From Trueperaceae bacterium (GTDB lineage Bacteria; Deinococcota; Deinococci; Deinococcales; Trueperaceae): 64,000 bases of DNA. A model generated the notes under the pieces. It saw nothing but the letters and a program-made list of their open reading frames with translations, made no database searches and was not told where the DNA came from. The DNA is taken from the NCBI GenBank assembly GCA_965215565.1, contig CBDCDZ010000004.1:2016001-2080000 (forward strand), in the 5' to 3' direction. The position numbers were made by a program, and so were the translations under genes. Below are positions 10,784-20,169 of this stretch, one piece after another; the stretch's first letter is position 1, and every line of letters starts with the position of its first letter.

Positions 10784-10814
10784 GTAGAGGCTGAGGGTAG
10801 ACCTCAGCCTCTAT
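10784..10814. repeat. GTAG-type REP-like palindrome / possible terminator
   Basis: GTAGAGGCTGAGG-gtaga-CCTCAGCCTCTAT immediately after a CDS. Confidence 0.5.
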
Positions 10815-10934
10815 CGTTGCGGTTTTTAGCGGCTCGAGTCCACTCGGTGCAGCAACCGTGAGGACGAGATAAGCTATACTCCCTACGGACTCTTTATCTA
10901 CCGCATCCTCGGGTCCACACTTTTTGGAGGAAAT

Positions 10935-11396
10935 ATGAAGCGTTATCTTGTCGTACTTTTAGCCGTCATCGGGTTGAGCAGCGCCTCGGCTCAGTCTGAC
11001 CCGTTCGTAGGGGGAAGTCTTGACATCGAAGTTATTGCGGGCGACGCCGCCATCGCTTTAGACGCTCAAATAGGGGACTACGGGCTTTTCGATTCGTTTG
11101 GCGCAAGGGGCACCGTAGGCTTAGGCGTTAGCCCGGATATCTATGTCAAGCTCGGAACCGATGTGCTCTTTCCGTTTAGTACCAGCAACAACGAACTAAC
11201 CCCCTACGCGGGTGCCGGCCTAGGGTTTATCACAGGTATCGGCACGTACTTCAACTTTCATGCGCTCGGCGGTGTAGAGTTTGAAGTTGCCGATCAGTTC
11301 GGTCTCTTCGGCGAAGTTGCGCCCGGTCTCTATATCCGTGGTGGCACGGGCTTCGGCATCAGCTTGCGCTTCGGCGGAAACTACCACCTCGACTAG
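10935..11396 (+). CDS. Small outer-membrane beta-barrel protein
   Basis: Signal peptide (SSASA-Q), alternating beta strands, PYAGAGLG and C-terminal RFGGNYHL. Confidence 0.7.
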   Translation: MKRYLVVLLAVIGLSSASAQSDPFVGGSLDIEVIAGDAAIALDAQIGDYGLFDSFGARGTVGLGVSPDIYVKLGTDVLFPFSTSNNELTPYAGAGLGFITGIGTYFNFHALGGVEFEVADQFGLFGEVAPGLYIRGGTGFGISLRFGGNYHLD

Positions 11397-11424
11397 ATTT
11401 ACTACAAAGCGACAGTCAATTCAT

Positions 11425-11455
11425 AAGAAGCTGAGCAGTGCGCTCAGCTTCTTTT
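11425..11455 (+). terminator. Intrinsic terminator
   Basis: AAGAAGCTGAGC / GCTCAGCTTCTT stem followed by T's. Confidence 0.7.
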
Positions 11456-11573
11456 CGTGGGCACATAGCGCAACTCTTCATAGGCAAAACGAGGCTACGT
11501 TGCCCTGTGTCAAATATGGAAAAGTTTATGTTGACTCAAACTCGAGCGTGCTACGTTCTCCCAGGAGGATGAC

Positions 11574-12089
11574 ATGAAACGCATGAGTATCGTTCTTTTG
11601 ATATTGACAGTTTTGAGCAGCGCTTCGGCGCAGTCGAGCGAGTTCATCGGACTAGGCGTCAAGGCTGAATTTGGTCCAGCGGTGCCGGGCTTCTTCAACC
11701 CGGACGACACTTACATCCCTTTCCCACCTGAGGCACTTATGCTCGAGGTACAAGCGGGCGACTACAACCTCTTCGGTCCGGTTGGGTTTCGGCAAACCAT
11801 CGCGACGGACCTCTTCTACTTAGAGCTGGGCGGCGACTTGCTCGTTCCCTTGACGACGAGCCCGCGCATCTACCTTGGCGGCGGAGCCAGCTTAACGGCG
11901 GGCGACGGCACGGTTTTAGCCGTACGCGGCGTGGCGGGCGCGGAGTTCCTGCTTGCGCGGCAGCTCGGCCTGTTCAGCGAATTCAACCCTGGCTACTACA
12001 TCGCGAGAGGGAAAAGCAACTTTGACGGCACCTACGGCGCTGAAAGTTACGGCTTTAAAGTGCGCTTCGGCTTCAACGTGCATCCGTAG
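11574..12089 (+). CDS. Small outer-membrane beta-barrel protein, tandem paralog
   Basis: Shares LSSASAQS, GDY.LF..G.R, G.EF....Q.GLF.E..PG and RFG.N.H with the upstream gene. Confidence 0.7.
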   Translation: MKRMSIVLLILTVLSSASAQSSEFIGLGVKAEFGPAVPGFFNPDDTYIPFPPEALMLEVQAGDYNLFGPVGFRQTIATDLFYLELGGDLLVPLTTSPRIYLGGGASLTAGDGTVLAVRGVAGAEFLLARQLGLFSEFNPGYYIARGKSNFDGTYGAESYGFKVRFGFNVHP

Positions 12090-12705
12090 CGTTTAGCTGA
12101 GACCAGAGTACGTTTAGCCGCTCCTCGAGTCTCTCCCTATCCCCACTGTTATCCACCACGTAATCCGCCCGCTCCACCTTCTCCTCTAGTGGCATCTGCG
12201 CTTCGTCCCTCGCCCTGACCTCTTTCTCGCTCAAGCCGCTACGTTCCTGTACCCGCTTCACACGAACTTCTAAAGGTGCGTTCACTACGATAACCGTGTC
12301 CAGACCTCTTTCCAGAGCGTTTTCATAAAGAAGAGGAATGTCCACCACGATGATGGCGGGCGGCGACGAACGCTGCTCGAGCGCCTCCGCCCGCCGCTCA
12401 CTCTCGCGCCGCACCCACGGGTGGATGATCCCGTTCAGCGTCTCCCTCGCCGCCTCGTCGCCGAAGACGCGCTCCGCCGTTTTCGGGCGGTCAAGCTCGC
12501 CCTCTTTGATGAGGTCTTCGCCTAGCGCGTCCGCGATTTTTTGCAGCACCTCCGGGTCTCGCGTCGCCTCGCGTGCGAGTACGTCCGAGTCGATGAGCGC
12601 CGCGCCCTTCTCCACTAAAAGCTGCGCCACCGTGGACTTACCCGAGCCGATGTTGCCCGTCAAGCCGACTCGTCTGGGTTTAAGATCAGGTTTAGAAGAG
12701 GTCAT
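12073..12705 (-). CDS. coaE: Dephospho-CoA kinase
   Basis: GLTGNIGSGKST, LN.IIHP, DIPLLYE, QM..EEK and AD.VVDN motifs. Confidence 0.95.
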   Translation of the reverse strand: MTSSKPDLKPRRVGLTGNIGSGKSTVAQLLVEKGAALIDSDVLAREATRDPEVLQKIADALGEDLIKEGELDRPKTAERVFGDEAARETLNGIIHPWVRRESERRAEALEQRSSPPAIIVVDIPLLYENALERGLDTVIVVNAPLEVRVKRVQERSGLSEKEVRARDEAQMPLEEKVERADYVVDNSGDRERLEERLNVLWSQLNATDAR

Positions 12706-12717
12706 ATAATAGGGGCA

Positions 12718-14073
12718 ATGCGGCTCTTCTCGAGGCTATTGGGCAATGAAACAGAACTGGATAGCGTAGACATGTCCCAGTTTACGCCACTGCCCACGCT
12801 GGATTCTGGGGGCGGTTATCTGGTCGGCGGCGCGGTGCGCGACACGCTCTTGGGGCGAAAGACGAACGACTTGGACTGGGTAGTCCCCGACCCCGAGCGG
12901 AGCGCGAAGGAGGCGGGGGACGCGCTCAGCGGCAGCGCGTTCGTGCTGGACGCGGCTCGTGGACACTGGCGCGTCGTAGCGGGGAACGAAACGCGAGACT
13001 ACGCGCCGCTGACGGGCGAGATCGAGGCGAACTTGGCGCTGCGAGACTTCACTATCAACGCTTTAGCGCTGGATTTAGAAGGCAATCTCACCGACCCGAC
13101 AGGCGGACGTGAGGACTTGAAAACGCAGACGCTCAGGATGGTGAGCAGGGAGAACCTTTACAGCGACCCCTTGCGACCTCTTCGCGGCGTGCGCTTCACG
13201 GTGACATTGGGGTTCGCGTTAGATGGGGGAACGCTCAAAGCTATCCGAGAACACGCCGCCGCGCAGCTCACCGAAGACGAACCTCTTCCCGCCTGGGAGC
13301 GTGTGGGCGACGAACTGGGTCAGCTCATCTCGAGCGGACGAGTGGCGGGGGGCGTCCAGCGTCTTCACGAATTGGGGCTTCTAAGGGTCTACCTCCCCGA
13401 ACTCGCCGCCGCCGAAGGCGTCGAGCAAGGCAGCCTGCACCACCTGGACGTGCTGAACCACTCCGTAGAGGCGCTCAACCAGCTCCTGCACGGCTTCCCC
13501 GACGCCGACCTCGCGCTGCGCTGGGGTACGCTCTTGCACGACATCGGCAAGCCGCCGACGCGAGACTACGACGAATTTAGAAAACGCATGACCTTCTACG
13601 CGCACGACAAAGTCGGTAGCGACATCGCGAAGAGGGTGCTGCGCCGCTTACGCCAGCCGAGCGAACTTGCCGAACGGGTGGGCGCACTCGTGCGCTACCA
13701 CATGTTGCCGCTGCCTAAAAACCAAAAGGAGGCGCGGAGATTTGTCTACCGCCGCCGCGAGCTACTGCCCGACCTCTTGAAGCTGATGATCGCCGACCGC
13801 GAGGCGGCGCGGGGGCGCAGGGCGTCGGCGGCGGGACGGCAGGCGTACCGCTTGGCGCTGGGGCGCGTGCTAGAGATTCTCGCCGAGCCTGCGCCCGAGA
13901 AACCTCTTTTAGACGGACGCGACGTGATGGCGCTTTTAGGTCTCGAGCCAGGCCCCAGAGTCGGCGAGGCGGTGCGCTTCGTGCAGGAGGCTGAGGCGGT
14001 GGGGGACGTGCGAAATCGAGGCGAGGCGGAAGAGGTCCTGCGGCGCTACGCGCGTGAACAGGGCTGGATGTGA
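12718..14073 (+). CDS. Class II tRNA nucleotidyltransferase with HD domain (possibly CC-adding); start may be 12772
   Basis: VGGAVRD..LG....DLD, RDFTINA, DPLR.LR..RF, ERV..E and LLHDIGKP motifs. Confidence 0.9.
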   Translation: MRLFSRLLGNETELDSVDMSQFTPLPTLDSGGGYLVGGAVRDTLLGRKTNDLDWVVPDPERSAKEAGDALSGSAFVLDAARGHWRVVAGNETRDYAPLTGEIEANLALRDFTINALALDLEGNLTDPTGGREDLKTQTLRMVSRENLYSDPLRPLRGVRFTVTLGFALDGGTLKAIREHAAAQLTEDEPLPAWERVGDELGQLISSGRVAGGVQRLHELGLLRVYLPELAAAEGVEQGSLHHLDVLNHSVEALNQLLHGFPDADLALRWGTLLHDIGKPPTRDYDEFRKRMTFYAHDKVGSDIAKRVLRRLRQPSELAERVGALVRYHMLPLPKNQKEARRFVYRRRELLPDLLKLMIADREAARGRRASAAGRQAYRLALGRVLEILAEPAPEKPLLDGRDVMALLGLEPGPRVGEAVRFVQEAEAVGDVRNRGEAEEVLRRYAREQGWM

Positions 14074-14561
14074 ACGTTCGGCACATCAGACCAGGCGACG
14101 CCGAGGCGTTTTTAGCGCTCGGCAAGAGGTTGGACGCCGAGACGAAGCTGATGATGCTGGAGCCCGGCGAGCGCACTTTAGACGTACGCGAGCAGCGTAG
14201 CAGACTCGAGGGCTTGGGGGAAAACGAAGCGATTTTCGTAGCTGAGGAGGACGAAGCGCTCATCGGCTTTCTCGCGCTTCGTGGCTATCAACCTCGGCGT
14301 AAACGCCACTGCGCGTACGTCGTCATCGGCGTTGTACAGGCGTATACGGGTCAGGGAATTGGGACCGCGCTTTTCAAGAATGCCGAAACGTGGGCGGAGG
14401 AACGCGGCGTGACCCGCTTAGAACTCACCATCATGACCCACAACCGCGCAGCCCTTACGCTCTACCACAAGCGGGGTTTCGTGGTTGAAGGACTGCTGCG
14501 CAACAGCTTGAGGGTGGACGGGCGCTACGTTCACGAGTACAGCATGGCGAAGCTTCTTTAG
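14070..14561 (+). CDS. GNAT family N-acetyltransferase
   Basis: GQGIGTAL, RLELT...N..A..LY.K.GF..EG motifs. Confidence 0.9.
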   Translation: MNVRHIRPGDAEAFLALGKRLDAETKLMMLEPGERTLDVREQRSRLEGLGENEAIFVAEEDEALIGFLALRGYQPRRKRHCAYVVIGVVQAYTGQGIGTALFKNAETWAEERGVTRLELTIMTHNRAALTLYHKRGFVVEGLLRNSLRVDGRYVHEYSMAKLL

Positions 14562-14736
14562 CAGGTATACCCGCTAAAGCAGGGCACAGGTCATCTGGTC
14601 AGAGACACGCTCACTTTATAAAACGATGTTTCCTGCGGAAAACTGCGTAACTAACACGCACTTCAAGGGATGAGACCCTTGCCGGAGGCAAAACTTCGTA
14701 AGCGCTCAACTGTCTCAATGTATCGTGAAACTGCTG
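14558..14736 (+). mobile_element. MITE family A copy (degenerate, preceded by a collapsed end-to-end footprint at 14558-14577)
   Basis: Aligns along its length with 17644-17801 (TCATCTGGT, AAACTGCGTAACTA.CACGCAC, CAAAACTT..GTAAGCGCTCA.CTGTCTCA). Confidence 0.7.
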
Positions 14737-14737
14737 T

Positions 14738-15784
14738 TTAATCTAGCTCGGGCGAATCCCCGAGCGTGTCCTCGATATAAAGTCTTCGCACCAGCACCAG
14801 AATCACCGCTGCAAGGGGTGTCGCGACGAGCAGACCTAAAAAGCCGAAGAGCACCCCGAAGATGAGCACCGAGGTGAGCGTCACGGCGGGCGGGAGCGAG
14901 ACGGTGCGCTGCTGGACCAAGGGGACCAAGAGGTTGCCCTCCAACTGCTCGATGGCGATAAAAAGCCCGATAACCCAGAACACTTGCCCTGTCCCATTCG
15001 TGAAGGCGAGCAAAATAGCGGGTACGGCGGCGATGAAAGGACCGATGACGGGGATGAACTCTAAGAGTCCGGTGAGGATGCCCAGCGAGGGCGCTAAGGG
15101 CACGCCGATGAGCCAGAGCCCGACGCCCGCCACCACGCCGATGACCGCCATCGACACGAAGCGCCCCAAGAGCCACTCGCGGAGCGTCTGCACGACCTCG
15201 TCCGTGACTTCCGCCGCGCGTTCGCGCCGCTGCGGGGGCACGAGCTTGAGGAAACCGGCGCGGTAGAGCGCGGGGTTGCTCGCCAGAAACACGCCGACGA
15301 AGAGAATGAAAACAGTGTGCGTGAGCGCGTTGAGCGTGGTGGAAAAGGTGCCCGTGATCCGCGCGAGAAAGTTGCTGCCCTCGCGCACGGACTGCAAGCG
15401 GTTGAGGAGCGGCTCCGTCCAGGCGTATTGGTTGACCGCCTGCCTCACCTCATCCACCGCTTCGGGGAGTTGCTGCACAAGCCCGCTGATCTGGTTCGCG
15501 AGTTGCGGCGCGAGAAAATAGCCGCCTGCGCCGAAAAGCGCGACGAGCAGCACGATGACGGCGGCGAGCGACGCGCCCGCGGGCAGGGGCGTGCGGCGCG
15601 TAAATGGGTGGGCGAGCGTGCGTAGCAAGATGGCGAGCAAGAGCCCGATAAAGAGGAGCAGCAAGATGTCGGCGACGCGCCAGGCAAAGAGGACGAGTCC
15701 CGCGAGGAGCCCGACGACTAAAACGGTGTAGAGTAGCCGCCTCTGGTACGTTGTCTCTTCGTCTCGGTTCACCCTGCCCCCCAC
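14738..15784 (-). CDS. AI-2E family transporter
   Basis: Hydrophobic protein with FIPVIGP, QLEGN.L.P and G.LFG.LG.L.A.PL motifs. Confidence 0.9.
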   Translation of the reverse strand: MGGRVNRDEETTYQRRLLYTVLVVGLLAGLVLFAWRVADILLLLFIGLLLAILLRTLAHPFTRRTPLPAGASLAAVIVLLVALFGAGGYFLAPQLANQISGLVQQLPEAVDEVRQAVNQYAWTEPLLNRLQSVREGSNFLARITGTFSTTLNALTHTVFILFVGVFLASNPALYRAGFLKLVPPQRRERAAEVTDEVVQTLREWLLGRFVSMAVIGVVAGVGLWLIGVPLAPSLGILTGLLEFIPVIGPFIAAVPAILLAFTNGTGQVFWVIGLFIAIEQLEGNLLVPLVQQRTVSLPPAVTLTSVLIFGVLFGFLGLLVATPLAAVILVLVRRLYIEDTLGDSPELD

Positions 15785-15974
15785 ATCAGTGACTTCGCTG
15801 ACAGAGATACTACCTCAATTTGGATGAGAGAGGGCGAGAGGTGAAGGATAAGTAGGTGCGCCGAGATAATCTAAACTAGAGAATGTCAACGGAGTCCGTT
15901 TTGAGCGCAAGAATCTCGAGATGCTTTAGATCATTGAAGCCTAAGTACTTAGCTGAGCAGTTAAACTTGGTCTC

Positions 15975-16943
15975 ATGCCTACCCTGCTCCTCAACCGTCA
16001 AGAGGTACAAACGCTCTTGGACCCCGCTGCGCTGCTCGAGCCCTTTAGAGAAGCGTTCAAAGCTCACTCGTCAAGCCGTACCCTACCCGCTCAGAAGGCA
16101 CGCTCACCGCTGCCGGAAGGGGGCTCGAGCGCAACCGTTCTCTTCCCCGGTATTCCCGCGTACACCGTCAAAGTCCACGCGAAGTTTCCGGGGCAAACGC
16201 CGAAGGTTCGGGGGCTCGTCCACCTGCGCGACCTCTCGACGGGAGCGCTTCTGGCGGTGCTAGCGTCCGGCTATCTCACCGCCGTTTGCACTGCTGTAGC
16301 GACGGCGGTAGCGGCGGATGTGCTAGCGAGACCCGACGCCACGCGGCTCGCCATCATCGGCGCAGGCGTGCAGGGCGAGCAGGGGGTGAGGTTGCTGGGA
16401 GAGGTGCGGCGCGTCGAGCAGGTTAGGGTGTTCGATACGGCTCCCTTTAAGACAGGTCCGTTCGTGCAGCGCGTCGCGGCGGTGACGGGCGCGAAAGTCA
16501 CCGCCGCCGACTCTCTCGCCGAAGCCGTCTCGGACGCGGACCTCATCGTCTGCGCGACCCAATCTACAACCCGGTCGCAGCGCCCCTTCCTCACCTCGGG
16601 CATGGTCTCGGCGGGTGCACACGTTACGACGTTCGGCACCGGTGAACTTGGTGAGCCCGGCAAGGCGGAGGTCTCAGCGGACCTTATCGAAGAGAGTGTG
16701 TTCGTCTGTGATGACAGAGGTTTAGCGGCGGAGATGGGCGCGCTCGGTAACGTCGGGTTGAGCGAAAGTGCGGCGCACGCCGAACTCGGTGAGGTCATCG
16801 CAGGGACGAAAGTGGGACGCGAACGGACGTCGCAAGTGACGATCTATGGCGGGGTAGGGCTCGCTTGGATGGATTTGTTGGCGGCGTGGCAGGTGTATGA
16901 GCGCGCGTTAGGGACGGGGCGGGGACAAGAGGTTGGCTTTTAG
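15975..16943 (+). CDS. Ornithine cyclodeaminase / mu-crystallin family protein (atypical active site)
   Basis: IIGAGVQG Rossmann motif, AD.IVCAT, ELGEVI.G...GR and G.A..DL.AA. Confidence 0.85.
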   Translation: MPTLLLNRQEVQTLLDPAALLEPFREAFKAHSSSRTLPAQKARSPLPEGGSSATVLFPGIPAYTVKVHAKFPGQTPKVRGLVHLRDLSTGALLAVLASGYLTAVCTAVATAVAADVLARPDATRLAIIGAGVQGEQGVRLLGEVRRVEQVRVFDTAPFKTGPFVQRVAAVTGAKVTAADSLAEAVSDADLIVCATQSTTRSQRPFLTSGMVSAGAHVTTFGTGELGEPGKAEVSADLIEESVFVCDDRGLAAEMGALGNVGLSESAAHAELGEVIAGTKVGRERTSQVTIYGGVGLAWMDLLAAWQVYERALGTGRGQEVGF

Positions 16944-16944
16944 C

Positions 16945-17460
16945 ATGAAGCGTGTAGCCATCATCGGCTCGGGCGGCGCGGGCAAGTCCACGTTAGCGAA
17001 AGAGGTGGGCGAGAAGCTCAACCTACCCGTCATCCACCTAGACCAACACTTCTGGAATGCGGGTTGGACCGAAACTCCGGTTCCTGAATGGGAGCGGCGG
17101 CACCGAGATTTGCTGGCGCAGGAACGCTGGGTGATGGACGGTGACTACGGCGGCACGCTGGACGAGCGCTTAGACGCTGCCGACACCGTTATATTCCTCG
17201 ACATGCCGAGGTTTTTCTGCGTGTGGCGCGTGCTGAGACGCTGGCTCACCTACCGCAACACCACGCGCCCCGACATGGCTCCCGGCAACCCCGAAAAGCT
17301 CGACGCGGGCTTCTTCCGCTACGTCTGGAACTATCCCAAAACGCGGCGTCCGGTGGTTTTGGAAAGGCTCGAGAGGTTAAGAGAGAAAACCGTCATTCGC
17401 TTAAAGAATCCACACCAGGTTGAAGTGTTCCTGAAGGATTTGCGAGCCTACAACCCGTAG
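16945..17460 (+). CDS. FlaR-like P-loop kinase ('DNA topology modulation protein')
   Basis: IIGSGGAGKSTLA, HLD..FW..GW, W.MDG.Y, ADTVIFLD and RPDMAPG.PE motifs. Confidence 0.85.
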   Translation: MKRVAIIGSGGAGKSTLAKEVGEKLNLPVIHLDQHFWNAGWTETPVPEWERRHRDLLAQERWVMDGDYGGTLDERLDAADTVIFLDMPRFFCVWRVLRRWLTYRNTTRPDMAPGNPEKLDAGFFRYVWNYPKTRRPVVLERLERLREKTVIRLKNPHQVEVFLKDLRAYNP

Positions 17461-18137
17461 ATGTCCGCCAAGTTCAGCGAGAGGTCGACGCAGGAAAAAT
17501 GAATAGTCCCGCCGACAGTAACCTCTCGCGTCCAGCCGCTTTCTTGTCTGACGTAATGCTCGAGCCTCTCCTCTATACTTGAGACGATGAGGTACGTCTG
17601 CAACGTCGGGGTACTCTGATACGCCAGGAGCTTTTCACGTCTATTAGCAGGTATCATCTGGTTTGAAACGTTCTCACTGTTCGAAGTGGCGTTGCTAGGC
17701 AGCAAACTGCGTAACTAGCACGCACGTTCGGTGATGATGCTTTTGGCGCTGCCAAAACTTCCGTAAGCGCTCATCTGTCTCAGTATGACTTGGAACCGCT
17801 ATATCTACCAACTCAGTGCTTTTTGAAAGCACTTCAACTATCAGGCAGGGTTTCATCTTGACGAGTGGGTCCGCGTCCTCTTTACACACCACCATGACGC
17901 CGGGGTAATAAAACGCACCGCTTGGCGTACGCACCTTCATGTCACTCGCGAAGACACGGCAGCCCTTCTCCCTGGCGCTCGCCCACAGCTTGACCACTAA
18001 ACCCAGCGCGAGCTGGTTGTGCCTGTCCGTCGTTCCTGCTAGAGCAAAGATTTCGCCCGCCACGTAATTGTGCTTGACGGGGCTGTCGGCTTCTAGCTCG
18101 AGTCCTCCACATTCAAGAGGGGATGTTCAAGCGCCAT
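17448..18137 (-). pseudogene. Uma2 family endonuclease pseudogene
   Basis: Frameshift near 18102 and a 158-bp insertion at 17644-17801 splitting VEVLSKSTELVD / RREKLLAYQ. YPG replaces the usual YPD. Confidence 0.85.
17644..17801 (+). mobile_element. MITE family A insertion with TA target duplication
   Basis: TA at 17642-17643 and 17802-17803, with ends TTAGCAGG...CCGCTA. Removing it restores the local Uma2 frame. Confidence 0.85.
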
Positions 18138-18236
18138 GTTCTACCACCCCTAAGTATAGCTCCATAGCAGGGCGCGTTCCACTTTAGGGCTCGCTTCGCG
18201 TGATACGGTTGTTGGGTAAAGAGAAGGGGGTTCGTC

Positions 18237-18791
18237 ATGGGTTCACAAGCTAACGACGTCGCCGACTGGCTTTTAATGCCGTGGAGCGTCATACCGCTCA
18301 TCATCATCACAACCGTAGGGGTATATAGCGCTATCATCTTGCTCACCCGAATCAATGGACTGCGCTCATTTTCAAAGATGTCGGGTTTCGACTTCGCGAT
18401 GACGGTGGCGATTGGCTCGCTTTTTGCTACCACGATTGCCACCGGGACGCCGGGTATGCTCCAGGGCATCACCGCGCTCGCCACCATCTTCGCGTGTCAG
18501 CGTATCGTGGCGTTTTTGCGCTCGAGGGACGACGACTTGCGCAACCTCATCGACAACGAGCCCGTGCTGCTCATGGACGGCACGACGATTTTGCATGAAA
18601 ATTTAACGCGCGTGCGCGTCACCGAAAAGGATTTATACGGTAAGCTGCGCGAGGCGAACGTGGTAAACGTCAAACAGGTTCGCGCGGTGGTGCTGGAATC
18701 CACCGGCGACATCTCCGTGCTCTGCAACTTACCGGACCCGGACGACGAGCTGAGTGGAGCAGTCATGACGGGCGTTAAAAAGCGGGCGTAA
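18237..18791 (+). CDS. DUF421 / YetF family membrane protein
   Basis: GLRSFSKMSGFDF, P.LLM.G, LREAN and VLESTGDISV motifs. Confidence 0.9.
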   Translation: MGSQANDVADWLLMPWSVIPLIIITTVGVYSAIILLTRINGLRSFSKMSGFDFAMTVAIGSLFATTIATGTPGMLQGITALATIFACQRIVAFLRSRDDDLRNLIDNEPVLLMDGTTILHENLTRVRVTEKDLYGKLREANVVNVKQVRAVVLESTGDISVLCNLPDPDDELSGAVMTGVKKRA

Positions 18792-18845
18792 GCTCGCGTC
18801 ACCGCTCTTTCCACATGCAGACTCTCTACAAAAGGAGACCCGCTT

Positions 18846-19385
18846 ATGTCAACTTTAGCCGACTGGTTTCTGACCTCTTGGGCTAGCGTTCTGCTCATCG
18901 TTTTGTCAACGGTAGGCGTCTACACGGTTATCATCGCTCTCACACGCTTCAACGGACTGCGCTCGTTCTCCAAAATGTCAGGTTTTGACTTCGCCATGAC
19001 GGTAGCGGTGGGCTCGCTTTTCGCGGGGACGATTATTTCGAACGACCCGCCCCTCCTTCGCGGCGCGGTGGCGCTCGCCAGCATTTTTGCAGGACAGCGC
19101 CTTGTTGCGTCTTTACGGGTGCAAGGTAAATCGATGCGGCAACTTATCGACAATGAGCCGCTCTTGCTGATGAAGGGCGAAACCATCTACCACGAGAACC
19201 TCAAAAAGGCGCGCGTCACCGAAGATGACCTCTACGGCAAGCTGCGCGAGGCGAACGTGCTCAACCTGAGCCAAGTTCGCGCCGTCGTGTTCGAGTCTAC
19301 AGGCGATGTGTCGGTTCTGCACGGCGACGAGAACGGACCCGAACTCAGCGACGAGATTATGAGCGGAGTGCAAGAGCGTTACTAA
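18846..19385 (+). CDS. DUF421 / YetF family membrane protein, tandem paralog
   Basis: Same motifs as the upstream gene. Confidence 0.9.
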   Translation: MSTLADWFLTSWASVLLIVLSTVGVYTVIIALTRFNGLRSFSKMSGFDFAMTVAVGSLFAGTIISNDPPLLRGAVALASIFAGQRLVASLRVQGKSMRQLIDNEPLLLMKGETIYHENLKKARVTEDDLYGKLREANVLNLSQVRAVVFESTGDVSVLHGDENGPELSDEIMSGVQERY

Positions 19386-19434
19386 AGACGCTAGGCACCT
19401 CGTCCTCTTCGCGCCAAGCCTGCTCACGGGGCTC

Positions 19435-19968
19435 TTGGGGGGCGGATGGTTGTTGTGGCGTCCACTCGAGCTAGAAGCCGATGCCGACCTCTTGACCGTG
19501 CTACTCGTCGCTGCTGGGCTCGCAGCCGGGCTCTTGGGCGGCGCGTGGCTCTTAGAAAAGCTGCTCCCCTCCTTCCGCACCGCGAGTAAGCTTCTGGAGC
19601 GTGTCCTGTCTCGTTTGCCTATCTCGCTGCCGCTCGCGTTGACCTTTGCCGCGCTCACCTCCGTTTCCGAGGAACTCTTCTTTCGCGGCGCGCTCCTCTC
19701 GCTCTTCGGCGCGTCGCCCTTTGGCGTCTGGGGGCAAGCGCTCATCTTTGGGCTTCTGCACCCCGCACCGCTCAAGGGTTGGAGCTATACGGTCTACACC
19801 TTTGTCGCGGGGTTGGCGTTCGGCTACGTGACGCTCCTGACGGGCAGCCTGTGGGCGGCGATGCTCGCGCATTTCTTCGTCAATCTGCAAGGCTTTTTAG
19901 AGGTGCGGCGTTCGCAGCGCCGACGGAACGAGAGGTTAGCCGCGGCGAACAGCTCGAGCCAGTATTAA
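19435..19968 (+). CDS. CPBP (CAAX/Abi) intramembrane metalloprotease; start uncertain (frame open from ~19363)
   Basis: EELFFRG, FGLLH and GSLW..M.AHF..N motifs. Confidence 0.9.
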   Translation: MGGGWLLWRPLELEADADLLTVLLVAAGLAAGLLGGAWLLEKLLPSFRTASKLLERVLSRLPISLPLALTFAALTSVSEELFFRGALLSLFGASPFGVWGQALIFGLLHPAPLKGWSYTVYTFVAGLAFGYVTLLTGSLWAAMLAHFFVNLQGFLEVRRSQRRRNERLAAANSSSQY

Positions 19969-19974
19969 ATAAAG

Positions 19975-20150
19975 TAGCAATTCTACGTAACGTTGCTTGA
20001 ACGTAGTTATTCCCGGAGGGAAACTTCGTAGGCGAAGCAACACTTCTCGCTTATGCGAGTTTTCGCTTGGTGAAGGGTATCGTCTCCGAAAGTGCGTGCT
20101 CGTCGGTGGTCTCAAACGTGAGCGTGTTTGTGACCCGGTAGTACCTGCTA
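19975..20150 (-). mobile_element. MITE family A copy
   Basis: The reverse complement begins TAGCAGGTACTACC..GTCA and ends ATTGCTA. It contains CACGCTCAC and AGCACGCACT, shared with other copies. Confidence 0.6.
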
Positions 20151-20169
20151 TTGGTTTAGACTCGAGCCT

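Noticed and set aside
3200..18137. Uma2 genes as part of a defence island
   Set aside because: They are isolated copies with no methylase, toxin or other defence neighbours, and Uma2 paralogs are commonly scattered.
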